Part shown: piece by piece, positions 29,763 through 39,594 of the stretch
Numbering within the stretch: the stretch's first letter is position 1
How the letters are laid out: each line of letters starts with the position of its first letter
Assembly: GCA_963662275.1 (NCBI GenBank)
Contig: OY759316.1
Span: forward strand, 2,272,001 to 2,336,000
Length of the DNA: 64,000 nucleotides
From: Candidatus Cloacimonadales bacterium
GTDB taxonomy: Bacteria > Cloacimonadota > Cloacimonadia > Cloacimonadales > DAONDQ01
Direction of reading: 5' to 3'
Position numbers and translations under genes: made by a program
The notes under the pieces: model-generated
The model's input: the letters and a program-made list of their open reading frames with translations, nothing else
What the model was told of the DNA's origin: nothing
Database searches by the model: none

Positions 29763-30974
29763 ATGAAAACTGTTGTAACTTTTCTCTTTGCAGTTTTCCT
29801 CATAACTATGGGGTATGCTGCACCTTCCATTGTCATCAATGCCGGTAGCATCATTTGTGTGAACGAAGCCTCCTTCACAATAAATAATGGTGATTTGGTC
29901 ATTAACAACCCGGATGGCTTCCTGTCTGATAACACTTCCACTGTAAATTCCGGAACTCCTACAGTATTTGAAGGTCCTGAAGGTACAAGCGATGCATTGA
30001 CTATTACTTCTTCTGCTCTTATGGGTACTGTTCAAATCATCAATTACAGCGGACAAAGACATCCCAATGCAACTACCAGCAAAATCAGCCGCTGGTGGAA
30101 TATGAGTATCCCTACGACCTCTACTTCGACAATTGTCTTCGGAGTCAGGGTCAGTAATGATTGTCTAGGTTATGATTTAACAAAGCTATCTCCTTATGAA
30201 TTGAGTGGCAGTAATTGGATTAAGATGTCGAATGCTGTACCTTCGGTTACCACGAATGGACAATTCAGTGACATTTCCTTTTCAGGTGTGGCATTCACAG
30301 CAAAGAAAGGTACCCATATTGTAACCCTGGGACTTAGTAGTGACCAGGAGTTGCCTGTGGAACTTTCATCATTTACGGCTGTTTCGGCTACATCTCAATT
30401 GTTGGTGACTTTGCAGTGGACAACTGAATCTGAGACTAATAACCTGGGATTCAATATCCTTCGTTCGAATGATGACGATATATCACATAGTATGTATGTG
30501 AATTCTGGTATCATCCAGGGAACGAATACTTCTACTCAGCAAACATATCAATTTGCTGATCATAATGTTGAAGGACTTAGAACTTATTTCTATTGGCTGG
30601 AAAACGTAGATTTCAACGGATTCAACGGATTTGCAGGTCCTGTTATGGTTCAAATACTTGAACAGGATGATCCAAATACACCTCCAATTATACCCTTGGT
30701 TACAAAACTCTGTAATGCTTATCCGAATCCTTTCAATCCTCAGACGATCATTGCCTATGATTTGAAGGCAGCCAGTGATGTTATTATTCAAATTTATAAC
30801 GTAAATGGTCAGCATATCAAAACACTTGTCGATACAAATCATGATGCTGGTCATTATACCATAGTTTGGAATGGTACGAATGATAAAGGAAACCCTTGCG
30901 GCAGCGGTATCTATTTCTATCGGATGAATGCAGGTAAGTATAACAAGACACAGAAAGTTGTTTTAATGAAATAG
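29763..30974 (+). CDS. secreted protein with LPVELSSF module and FlgD-Ig/T9SS-like CTD
   Basis: Signal peptide, LPVELSSFTA...W.T.SE.NN.GF, NAYPNPFNP...WNG.ND.G...GSGIYFY. Confidence 0.85.
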   Translation: MKTVVTFLFAVFLITMGYAAPSIVINAGSIICVNEASFTINNGDLVINNPDGFLSDNTSTVNSGTPTVFEGPEGTSDALTITSSALMGTVQIINYSGQRHPNATTSKISRWWNMSIPTTSTSTIVFGVRVSNDCLGYDLTKLSPYELSGSNWIKMSNAVPSVTTNGQFSDISFSGVAFTAKKGTHIVTLGLSSDQELPVELSSFTAVSATSQLLVTLQWTTESETNNLGFNILRSNDDDISHSMYVNSGIIQGTNTSTQQTYQFADHNVEGLRTYFYWLENVDFNGFNGFAGPVMVQILEQDDPNTPPIIPLVTKLCNAYPNPFNPQTIIAYDLKAASDVIIQIYNVNGQHIKTLVDTNHDAGHYTIVWNGTNDKGNPCGSGIYFYRMNAGKYNKTQKVVLMK

Positions 30975-31043
30975 CACAGTAATTGACAGTGAGTTGTCCA
31001 TCTCCTATATCATATATGGGATCAAATCCCCATATGGTTTGCC

Positions 31044-31465
31044 TTGTGGAGTAGGATTCCGATCCTACTGAATAGTAGCTCCGCATTTACGCGGTTGTAG
31101 AGCACGATGCCGATCCTGCTGATTAGTAGCTCCGCATTTACGCGGTTGTAGAGTAGGACGCTGTTCTTACTGTCTTTCTTTGGTAGTGGCATCCTTCAGG
31201 TTGCCTTCTTTGTAGAGCAGGATGCCGATCCTGCTTCGGCTTGGAGATAGAAACGCACGGGGTTCGTTTTGCCACCTGACGGGGTCAGGCGTTCCTGTAG
31301 ATCACAGGACGGCAGACAATGACCTAAAGAGCATTATCCTCAAGCTGAAGCAGTGACCATAATCTGAGAGTGTTCGAGGTCGGGACGACACTCTCACAAA
31401 ACAGATAAGACTATCTGTGCTACCGGACTCCGAACCAGAATGTGTCCGCTGACGCGAACCCCTAC
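31044..31465. repeat. BIME-like mosaic of REP elements
   Basis: Plus-strand REPs at 31046, 31075, 31097, 31126, 31148, 31183, 31212 (51-bp period in first part); minus-strand REPs at 31401-31423 and 31444-31465. Confidence 0.85.
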
Positions 31466-31693
31466 TTTTCCCAGGAAGGACTTCCTGGGCTAACGGAGTA
31501 ACGTCCTTTGGACTGTAATGCACCCCCCTACCCGAGGGGGGATTAAGGGTGGTTGTCTGCAACTTCACTCGGAACGCTGTTTTCAAACGGCTATGCTCTT
31601 CAATTCTGTATTATTATCTCCATTTCTTTATGCCCATCCATTTCAATACAGTCTTTATGCAGATGAATGATGGAAGTTAAATAACACACTAAT

Positions 31694-31947
31694 GAAGTTC
31701 GAAGTTCGAAGTAAGAGTACGAGATTGGAAGAAGCGAGATAGAATTTAACACTTTTTTTTATGTAATTACTTTTGCATCATTAAGGGAGGGTTTTATGTT
31801 AGATTTAATTGACCGTACAAAGAAAGTAGCAATTGATATTGTCAAATTTTGTTGCTCATTACCTCAAAATCAAGAATATCAAATCATTAGTAAACAGCTT
31901 ATTCGTTGTGCTATTTCGGACTTCGTACTTCGCACTTCGCACTTTCT
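31694..31947. repeat. inverted heptamer arrays flanking four-helix-bundle remnant
   Basis: GAAGTTC GAAGTTC GAAGTAA at 31694-31714; ATTTCGG ACTTCGT ACTTCGC ACTTCGC at 31913-31940. Confidence 0.75.
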
Positions 31948-31969
31948 TTTTGAGCTGGGTTTCATCTAG
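31796..31969 (+). pseudogene. truncated four-helix-bundle protein (23S rRNA IVP/Avd-like family)
   Basis: GGGAGG RBS; MLDLIDRTKKVAIDIVKFCCSLPQNQEYQIISKQLIRCAIS matches the family N-terminus as I recall it, then runs into repeats; 57 aa, below ORF-track cutoff. Confidence 0.75.
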
Positions 31970-32003
31970 GCTTCATCTAGGCATTATCTAGGGATCATCT
32001 AGA
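31960..32003. repeat. 11-bp tandem repeat x4
   Basis: TTTCATCTAGG CTTCATCTAGG CATTATCTAGG GATCATCTAGA. Confidence 0.75.
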
Positions 32004-32522
32004 CTTTTTTAGATTATCCGTAGATTTTCTTTAGTTTTTATTTCTTTTTATGTATTTTGTATCTTCCATGAGACTTATAATTGGCTTTCACATATGACGT
32101 CTCCTCGATACAATTGGATAAATCCAATCACTCGGAGAACTCTTCTTTCTGTTCTGAACATGTCAGCTGACACCTGAAACCTGTCACCTTCTGCCATATG
32201 GAGGATTATTTTGGCAAAATCGGAGGAACATTTGAAAATGATTTAAAATTATGTTAGATTTAAAGAAGGAAAATAACTAATGTCTTAATGAGAGTCAGAT
32301 ATACAGAAGATTTGAAAGTAATATTATCAAATGCTAAAGAATTATGATTTTAAACATTTGATAAATAAAGATTGACTTGTTATTGAATATAATACGAATT
32401 ATGAAACATAGAAAGCAATACTTACAGAAATGGATTATTCATTAGATTATCTGTAGTGATATTCGTTGATAATCCATATCATATCAAGTACTTAATTTAT
32501 TAAATAAAATAGGAGGTAACAT

Positions 32523-32714
32523 ATGAAAGGTGATCATTTACATGCGTTTGAAAACATAAAAGATGGACTTAGCATTTTTAATCCAGTATATTTAGGAGAT
32601 ACCTCTCCAATTTTTGAATCACACAAAATTACCGATATTGCTGAGTTAATTTGGATGTCCGATAATTTGTTTAGGGCATTTGAACTCCAAACTCTTAGCT
32701 TCCATGTAAAGTAA
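32523..32714 (+). CDS. short hypothetical protein, possibly truncated
   Basis: Strong AGGAGG RBS; last codons come from a repeat also present at 32940. Confidence 0.4.
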   Translation: MKGDHLHAFENIKDGLSIFNPVYLGDTSPIFESHKITDIAELIWMSDNLFRAFELQTLSFHVK

Positions 32715-32971
32715 TCACCACAGGTGCAACGGCACAGCAACGCCTCATCTTGTGAGGTGGATAGGTCATTTTTCAAATGATGCCAAATACAAAAACAAAT
32801 CCTGTCTTTCTTAATGCAATAACATAATGGAGTTACATCTGCTTGCATCGTACAAGATACGACCTATCCACCTTATGAAAAAAGGCGTTGCACCCACAAC
32901 TATCGCATATCGTGAGTCCAGCAAGGAAATCCGGTCGGGTTTGAACTCCAAATCCTCAGCTTTCATGTAAA
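32679..32971. repeat. inverted-repeat element between 32-bp direct repeats
   Basis: DRs 32679-32710 / 32940-32971 (28/32); IR arms 32737-32767 / 32861-32891 (25/31). Confidence 0.7.
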
Positions 32972-32989
32972 TAGCCACACAAGTTACAG

Positions 32990-33535
32990 TTAGATCCCCT
33001 TTTTTGTCATTTCAATGCAGTGGGCTGGGCAAATCACTTTACATATCCCACATCCGTAACAATCCATTTGATTAACACGTAGTCTTGCATCTACCATTTT
33101 TCGGGCACCAAAATAGCAGGCTAGTACACATGCCCCACAATGCACGCAGGTATCCATCTCTGTTTTTTCGATGAATTGTCCTTTATCACACTCTTCATCC
33201 GGGTCGAGGAAATATCCGCAGCAATCGTCACAGCAAAAACAGATGCCATCTGTTTTTGTTCTATCCTTATTTCTAAATGGTCGGGCTACAAGTTTCTTGG
33301 TTCGAGCTTCTTCCAGGATTCGAATTACTTCTTCAAATGATACTTGATGCATATCTGAACCACTTGGGTCTTCCCCACCATTGAACATCAAACAAACATC
33401 CATTCGTGAGCGCTTACATTCCCCTTTGCTTTCCCTGCATCCGCAATTGGATACGAAAAATTCCTGTTCAGTTTGAATCAATTCCATTGCTTCCTCAAGT
33501 GTACAAACATAATGCATAGCCAGGTCTTTTTCCAT
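32990..33535 (-). CDS. 4Fe-4S dicluster ferredoxin-like protein
   Basis: C.CR, ICFCCDDCC, CVHCGACVLAC, CYGCGICKVICP. Confidence 0.9.
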   Translation of the reverse strand: MEKDLAMHYVCTLEEAMELIQTEQEFFVSNCGCRESKGECKRSRMDVCLMFNGGEDPSGSDMHQVSFEEVIRILEEARTKKLVARPFRNKDRTKTDGICFCCDDCCGYFLDPDEECDKGQFIEKTEMDTCVHCGACVLACYFGARKMVDARLRVNQMDCYGCGICKVICPAHCIEMTKKGI

Positions 33536-33596
33536 GTTTCCTCCTGATGAATTAGAGTGAATTTATAATGCAAATGATTATTAATAACCATTCACT

Positions 33597-36500
33597 TTAG
33601 AAACGGAATGATCTCTGTATGAATATTTCGTGTGAATAGACCGCATCTCCAGGACGAATCTGGAAAGTATAAGCTAGTTTCAGATACCAGGGCAGAGATA
33701 CACGTAATGTAGCATTATGATAAACAACAAGTTTAGTGGCTTTGGAAAGATTCGTGGTCTCCTGTAATAATGCCGTATAATCTACAAAAATGCTGCGGAA
33801 GACATATTTCCCCATATTAACAGATAAATTATTCAACAAGATGTTCGAGCCAATATTCATGAAATTACTCTGATCCGGCTGATATGAATTTTGTACAGGA
33901 AGGTTTGGATTTGAAGCATTATTGATCACATATTCATTCACAACATTGGTGATAAATCCTGGAGAAATGTTAAAAAAATCGACATGCAGGAATTTGCGGA
34001 TCTTACTTTCATAGGGAGATAGATAGGGGTCTATAAATGAAGACCCAATATTGACTCCGACTAACTGAATTGCTTCATCCTGCAGCATTGCCTGTTGTTG
34101 GGAACGAGATAGATCTTCCAAAGGTCTGTTATATCTCAATTTTGCTAAAATTTGTGTATTGGTTTTATCAAGAGGGCTATCACTCATAAGTGTCAGTTTC
34201 AAATTATGAAAGAAATTTGTATCATTATCACTTAACTGTGATACATTTAGTGTGATTAAACTGCCATCCGATGCTTTTTTATAAAATGTACCCTTCAATT
34301 TAGTCGATAAGGCAGTAACTGTCATTTCAAGATAATCGACCTCGAATGTTGTTCCAAACATATCGAGAGTTCCCTGTTCAGACATAAATAAAGCCTCTGG
34401 CACTGAGAACATGGTTCCATCATAAACCAATCTAAAGTAACTGTCGGAAGTAATGAGAAAGTTAGTGGGATAGGTAATGTATCTCATATTATTCTTGAAT
34501 CGCAAGATAACATTCATGGTAAATGGCAATGGATCAGCAACGACAACTGATTTCGGTTCTTTCGCGGTATTAATCAATTGGAGCAAATTGGCTGTATTAG
34601 AAGGATATAAACCATAGCCGTTTGACATTTCTACTTCTGCTTCTATATGCATGTCATCCCAAGGTCCCGTTATTATTGCCTCCTCAGAATACTGCCCTTT
34701 GATAACCGCATCAACGGTTGTATTTGGCTGGCTGTAATCGGGAACTGTAACAGGTATACCTTCGCTGGAAGTTTTCAAATAAAACTGACCAAGATTAAGC
34801 ATGGCAATATGGAAATCATTTTCGTCATTCTTAATCTCGCTCCTGATATTCAGATAACCTTTTCCCATATAGAATCTGCATCGTTTGAGCTCCAGGCGAT
34901 TATCCTTAATGAGGGCATTGATTTGAACCTTACTCACGGACTCACTTTGTGACTTTACTTTGAATGAACCGTTAGAAATCATGATAGAACCTTGTTTTAC
35001 GCTCAATCCCTCGTCTTCCATACCAATACTTAGAGTAATGTTCCCTTTGCCATGCCCTTGAATGAAGCGGTTCGATAATAATTCAACCAGGTTAATAAGA
35101 TCCGTATCGGCTGTTAAGTTAACTACCCTATTATCTGTAATCTGCTTACCGTTAAAAAAATTATAACCAATGCTTCCTTGCCCATGAATTGTTGTAGCTT
35201 GTGAAGAATAGGCATTTAAAGTGTCTATCTCAAGATAATCCGGGTATTGAGTGAATTTTACCAGTAAAGAATCTGCTGTTAAACTGCCATACACACAATT
35301 ACGTGCTTGCACACTAACTTGTAATAAGGGTTTTTGAGCAATCTGATTTGCTTTGCCCTGCAAATCCATGTTCAAGCTAATATCAGCATTTACTAATCCT
35401 GAAAAATCATCCTTAGGTGTGATATCACTGATATTGTATTGCTGCATATGAATATTCAGTGCCAAAGTATTATCAGTAACAAGGCTTCCATTTCCTGTCA
35501 GTATGAGGGATTTGATATTGCCAACAATAAGGGAATCGATTTGAATCTTATCCGTTGTACCGGATAGTATCAGTTTCGTATTCAAGGCATACAAATTGGG
35601 ATTAACATTCACGCTATCCAAGGATATTGTTCCAGTTATCTTATTATCTCCGAGTAAATTATAAGACATATCCAAAGTAACAGACCCACTGTATGGTGAT
35701 TTCTTCCCGAATGGCGCGAAATATGTAAGATAATTACTTAATTGAATGCTATCACCTTGAATTGAAAGTCCATATTTCAGACCCGGTTTCCATTGAATCC
35801 AACCTTTTGCATCAATACTGTCATTTAACTTAAGATCATTCGTTTCAAGACTGTTATAATCACCCGTCGAAGTTAGGGTTAAATTGATAGGTACCTGGTT
35901 GTATTGACCCTTCAATCCTTCAAGTTCCATGAAAACAGTTTTCTTTTTCAGATTAACAGCTAGTGATGTATTCAATTGAATATCATATAGTTTCCTGCTA
36001 TCTTCTAAAGCGTGAAGTGAAATATTTGTGCTAAGTTCTGAGCGATTACCCTCGGCAATTATAATTCCATCTAGAAGCGGTACTTGACCTGCTGTAAACT
36101 TCTCCGGTAAGAATTGCGTGATTGGAAGTTGAGTAATAGCTACTTTACCTTGATAATCGAAACGATCCAGATTGATTGAACCTTCCACTTGTATCTGTTG
36201 ATTAGCTGTGGCAATGGCAAGAGTGACATCCTGATTCTTCAAAGAGCCATTTCCATGAAAGTGTTCTAATAGATACTTGTCTTTTCTTAAAGTAATATCA
36301 TCAATTACCAGTTTCACTGCTGTATTCCTATTTCGGACATTCACTGTACCATGCAGATTACCATTGATTTTTAGGAGCTTCGTAGAGTGATTCATATCAC
36401 TCAATACTAAGTTGAAATTCAGTGAATCACCCGGAATAAATTTACCCTGACCTTGTAGCTGAGTATCCTGCCAATTCGCATCTTTCAGTTGGAAATCAAG

Positions 36501-37649
36501 TGTTTTCTTTGCATACAAAGCAGTAATATCCACAGAATTGAAAGTCTGTTTTTGGTAAACAATCGTATTAGAATGTCCTTCCAGTTCTATCTTAGGGTCT
36601 GATGTCGAACCACTGATTCTTATCTTCCCTGTTAATTCACCTTGCACAGAAGGAATCAAATCTGCAAGGAAGAGTCTCTGCAGGTTAACATTCGAAACTA
36701 AGGTCGGGCTTTTTGAAAGCGGCTCTCTGATGATACCTTCAAGCTGTACTTTCGATCGATCGATCGTTGCCAGAGTAGGACGAATCTGAAGGGCATTACT
36801 ACTCCCAAAGACACTCATGTTTCTTACATCAATGTGATGTCCTGCAATATCCGCAGATGCTTGATGAATACCTGCTTTCAATTGAATGATTGGCAATTCT
36901 TTTGAAGACATATTGCTCTGTGGATTAGAATGCATGGATAATAACAAACTCATGTTTAACTTAAGCTGTTTAATCTTATCCAATTCAACGAGTTGAGGCT
37001 GATAATTGGTGATAGATAAATCGACATCCTGTAACTTTCCTTTTACCAGGCTCATCTTCCCAGTCAACGAAGCATTGTTGGCAGTAGAAGCATGAATTGA
37101 GATATTCGATTTACGTTTATTGATAATGGAAATCTGAATATTATTAAAGGTCTCATTAATTCTCCATTTTGCTGGTGTTTTTTCATCAATGCTGTCGCTT
37201 GCATTGATGATGAGTCTTCCATTGTAAACAGTTAGACGATTGAAGTAACGGTTTAAGTCTATAGATGTTTTAGCTTTTGTTTTCAATGGATTAGGAGAAT
37301 ATATATAATGAATATCAGGTTCATATACAGATATTTGATCTATTGCTTTTGTAATCTGAAAACCTGAGTACATAAATTTTAGCAAGTTGTAACGAACATA
37401 TATCTTCTGAATCTTAACATCATATTTATTTTTATTATCATGAATATGGATTTTACTGATCGTAACTAAGTTTTCTGTCAGATCCAGGTTCCCTATAGAT
37501 ATGCCAACTTTCAATTCCTTAGCTAAATATGAAGATAGTTTTACTCTAATTAATTCATCAACATTGGCATAACGCATTACCAGCATGTAGGTAAGATTCA
37601 CCAAGAGGAGAATTAGAATGAGAATTAAAAACCATCGCTGATGCTTCAA
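33597..37649 (-). CDS. TamB/AsmA-like large envelope protein
   Basis: N-terminal membrane anchor, 1350 aa beta-rich repeats, terminal Phe; co-transcribed with lolCD-like genes. Confidence 0.65.
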   Translation of the reverse strand: MKHQRWFLILILILLLVNLTYMLVMRYANVDELIRVKLSSYLAKELKVGISIGNLDLTENLVTISKIHIHDNKNKYDVKIQKIYVRYNLLKFMYSGFQITKAIDQISVYEPDIHYIYSPNPLKTKAKTSIDLNRYFNRLTVYNGRLIINASDSIDEKTPAKWRINETFNNIQISIINKRKSNISIHASTANNASLTGKMSLVKGKLQDVDLSITNYQPQLVELDKIKQLKLNMSLLLSMHSNPQSNMSSKELPIIQLKAGIHQASADIAGHHIDVRNMSVFGSSNALQIRPTLATIDRSKVQLEGIIREPLSKSPTLVSNVNLQRLFLADLIPSVQGELTGKIRISGSTSDPKIELEGHSNTIVYQKQTFNSVDITALYAKKTLDFQLKDANWQDTQLQGQGKFIPGDSLNFNLVLSDMNHSTKLLKINGNLHGTVNVRNRNTAVKLVIDDITLRKDKYLLEHFHGNGSLKNQDVTLAIATANQQIQVEGSINLDRFDYQGKVAITQLPITQFLPEKFTAGQVPLLDGIIIAEGNRSELSTNISLHALEDSRKLYDIQLNTSLAVNLKKKTVFMELEGLKGQYNQVPINLTLTSTGDYNSLETNDLKLNDSIDAKGWIQWKPGLKYGLSIQGDSIQLSNYLTYFAPFGKKSPYSGSVTLDMSYNLLGDNKITGTISLDSVNVNPNLYALNTKLILSGTTDKIQIDSLIVGNIKSLILTGNGSLVTDNTLALNIHMQQYNISDITPKDDFSGLVNADISLNMDLQGKANQIAQKPLLQVSVQARNCVYGSLTADSLLVKFTQYPDYLEIDTLNAYSSQATTIHGQGSIGYNFFNGKQITDNRVVNLTADTDLINLVELLSNRFIQGHGKGNITLSIGMEDEGLSVKQGSIMISNGSFKVKSQSESVSKVQINALIKDNRLELKRCRFYMGKGYLNIRSEIKNDENDFHIAMLNLGQFYLKTSSEGIPVTVPDYSQPNTTVDAVIKGQYSEEAIITGPWDDMHIEAEVEMSNGYGLYPSNTANLLQLINTAKEPKSVVVADPLPFTMNVILRFKNNMRYITYPTNFLITSDSYFRLVYDGTMFSVPEALFMSEQGTLDMFGTTFEVDYLEMTVTALSTKLKGTFYKKASDGSLITLNVSQLSDNDTNFFHNLKLTLMSDSPLDKTNTQILAKLRYNRPLEDLSRSQQQAMLQDEAIQLVGVNIGSSFIDPYLSPYESKIRKFLHVDFFNISPGFITNVVNEYVINNASNPNLPVQNSYQPDQSNFMNIGSNILLNNLSVNMGKYVFRSIFVDYTALLQETTNLSKATKLVVYHNATLRVSLPWYLKLAYTFQIRPGDAVYSHEIFIQRSFRF

Positions 37650-37662
37650 TCAACTTCCTTTT

Positions 37663-38343
37663 TTATAACAGGGGAGGAACGGTTAAAACACCATTTTCCA
37701 GTTTGAAGTGTCTACCCGCTTTTCCTGCAATATCTTCATTATGAGTAACTATGACAAAGGTCTGACCATGTGTTTTCTGCATCTTAAGCATCAAGTCAAA
37801 CACTTCAGCACTATGAGTTGGATCAAGATTGCCTGTAGGCTCATCAGCATAAACAATATCCGGCTTGTGTATCATCGCTCTGCCAATTGCGATACGCTGC
37901 TGTTCTCCCCCACTCAATGCATTTGGATAGTGATTTCCCCGATTAGACATATCTAAAAGTTTCAGCCATTCATTTGCTTCCTTAATACTCTTCTGATAAG
38001 ATAACCCTTGTATGAGTAAAGGCAGAGCAATATTTTCCGCAGCCGTCAGATCTTCCAGCAAATAATGAAACTGAAAGATAAAACCGATATGCAAACTTCT
38101 GAACTGAACACTCTTCTTATCTCGAGTTGTGTAGTGAATATCACGATACAACAATTCACCGGAACTGGCATCATCTAACAATCCAAGCACATGAAGCAAA
38201 GTACTTTTACCGCATCCTGATTGACCGGTAATGCTGATCAGATCGCCAGATTCAATTGTGAGGCTAATATCACTCAGAACTTCCAGGGAGCTATTCCCTT
38301 CCCTGTAGCTTTTTTTAATATGTGAAGCTCGTAATATATTCAT
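37663..38343 (-). CDS. lolD: lipoprotein-releasing ABC transporter ATPase
   Basis: GQSGCGKST, GFIFQFHYLL, LSGGEQQR, ADEPTGNLD. Confidence 0.85.
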   Translation of the reverse strand: MNILRASHIKKSYREGNSSLEVLSDISLTIESGDLISITGQSGCGKSTLLHVLGLLDDASSGELLYRDIHYTTRDKKSVQFRSLHIGFIFQFHYLLEDLTAAENIALPLLIQGLSYQKSIKEANEWLKLLDMSNRGNHYPNALSGGEQQRIAIGRAMIHKPDIVYADEPTGNLDPTHSAEVFDLMLKMQKTHGQTFVIVTHNEDIAGKAGRHFKLENGVLTVPPLL

Positions 38344-38348
38344 TGATT

Positions 38349-39587
38349 CTATCCTTCACGTAAAATATCGATAATGCGCATCTGATTTATTCTTCGCAAG
38401 GGTATCATGATACCCAAAGAAATAGTGACAAATGCGACAAGAAAAATGAAGCCAAGATTAAATAGTGTCAACTGTATAGATAGCTGGTCAAGGAAATACA
38501 CATCTGCCTTGAGGTGAAAAACCGTCTGTTTGGCGATAATCCAAGCTAAAAATACGCCTAAAGCTTCTCCTGCAATGATTGCACAGATACCAATGACAAT
38601 AACTCTCCCATAAAATATCTGCTTAAGAAGTAGGTCACTGCCACCTATTGCTTTGATGATACCGATTTCCCTTCTTTTCTCAATGATCATCGTTAATAAG
38701 GCACTTATCACATTAAAAGATGCGATGAGAAGAAGGAATGTAAGTATTATAAATATCAGCCACTTCTCCATAGTTAGCAAAGAAAAAAGTGATTGCGAGA
38801 AATATGACCAGGAGAGAACTTGGTATTTATCTTTAAAAGAGAGACTCCATAACCTAGAAAGCTTTTCTGCATCGTTCAGGAATTTATCAGAAAGCCTAAT
38901 TTCCATCATATTTTTATTATCACCCATTTGAAAAAATTCAGCAACACGATCCTGATTCATGAAAACATAGGAATTATCATATTCGTACATCCCCGAACGA
39001 TATTTACCTACTACTCTGAAAGTCTCTGACTTGGGCACCATCCCTACACCAAAACCTGCTTGAAGCATAGGTCTTAATAGTTTGACAGAATCTCCTAAGG
39101 CGAGATTCATTTCAGTGGCAATCCTGTCTCCAAGTACAATATCAGTATCATTTTTCAATTGATTAGTACCCTGATACACATATTTCCGATAATCAGTTGT
39201 GGGATTTTGTGTTTTCCAGTCGATACCATGGACAACACAACCTTTGATTTTATCCTTGGCTGATAGCATTGCCGGTTTCATAACAATGGCTGCGTACGAT
39301 TGTATTTGTTTCTGTTGAGAAAGAAAAAATTCCAGGGAATGAATATCAGTTGCATTTAGTTCATCAGCAAAATTCGGATAAATGTAGATATGAGAATTTG
39401 CCCCAAGCATGACTCTTTTTAAAGCTTGTGTATAACCATCAAATAAGGAAATTGCTGCTGTTAACGTGCAAACAGATATGATTATTCCAAGAACCATGAA
39501 AACCGAATCAAATCTTAACCATTCCCTCCTGGGAGAGAATAAATACCTTCTAAAAGTAATCCATGCAAGCTGATTGATATTACGCAT
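38349..39587 (-). CDS. LolC/E-family ABC transporter permease
   Basis: GMYEYD, EK...F.IL...LIASFN, EKRREIGIIKAIG. Confidence 0.88.
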   Translation of the reverse strand: MRNINQLAWITFRRYLFSPRREWLRFDSVFMVLGIIISVCTLTAAISLFDGYTQALKRVMLGANSHIYIYPNFADELNATDIHSLEFFLSQQKQIQSYAAIVMKPAMLSAKDKIKGCVVHGIDWKTQNPTTDYRKYVYQGTNQLKNDTDIVLGDRIATEMNLALGDSVKLLRPMLQAGFGVGMVPKSETFRVVGKYRSGMYEYDNSYVFMNQDRVAEFFQMGDNKNMMEIRLSDKFLNDAEKLSRLWSLSFKDKYQVLSWSYFSQSLFSLLTMEKWLIFIILTFLLLIASFNVISALLTMIIEKRREIGIIKAIGGSDLLLKQIFYGRVIVIGICAIIAGEALGVFLAWIIAKQTVFHLKADVYFLDQLSIQLTLFNLGFIFLVAFVTISLGIMIPLRRINQMRIIDILREG

Positions 39588-39594
39588 ATGAAAT

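Noticed and set aside
31046..31235. CRISPR-like repeat-spacer pattern
   Set aside because: The apparent spacers are themselves repeated REP hairpins
31240..31600. RNase P, tmRNA, SRP or riboswitch in a GC-rich structured stretch; ORF 31302-31586
   Set aside because: No diagnostic motifs seen; the segment decomposes into repeat modules that recur shuffled near 52 kb
31796..31969. Diversity-generating retroelement (Avd-like gene)
   Set aside because: No reverse transcriptase and no TR/VR pair with A-specific mismatches seen in the window
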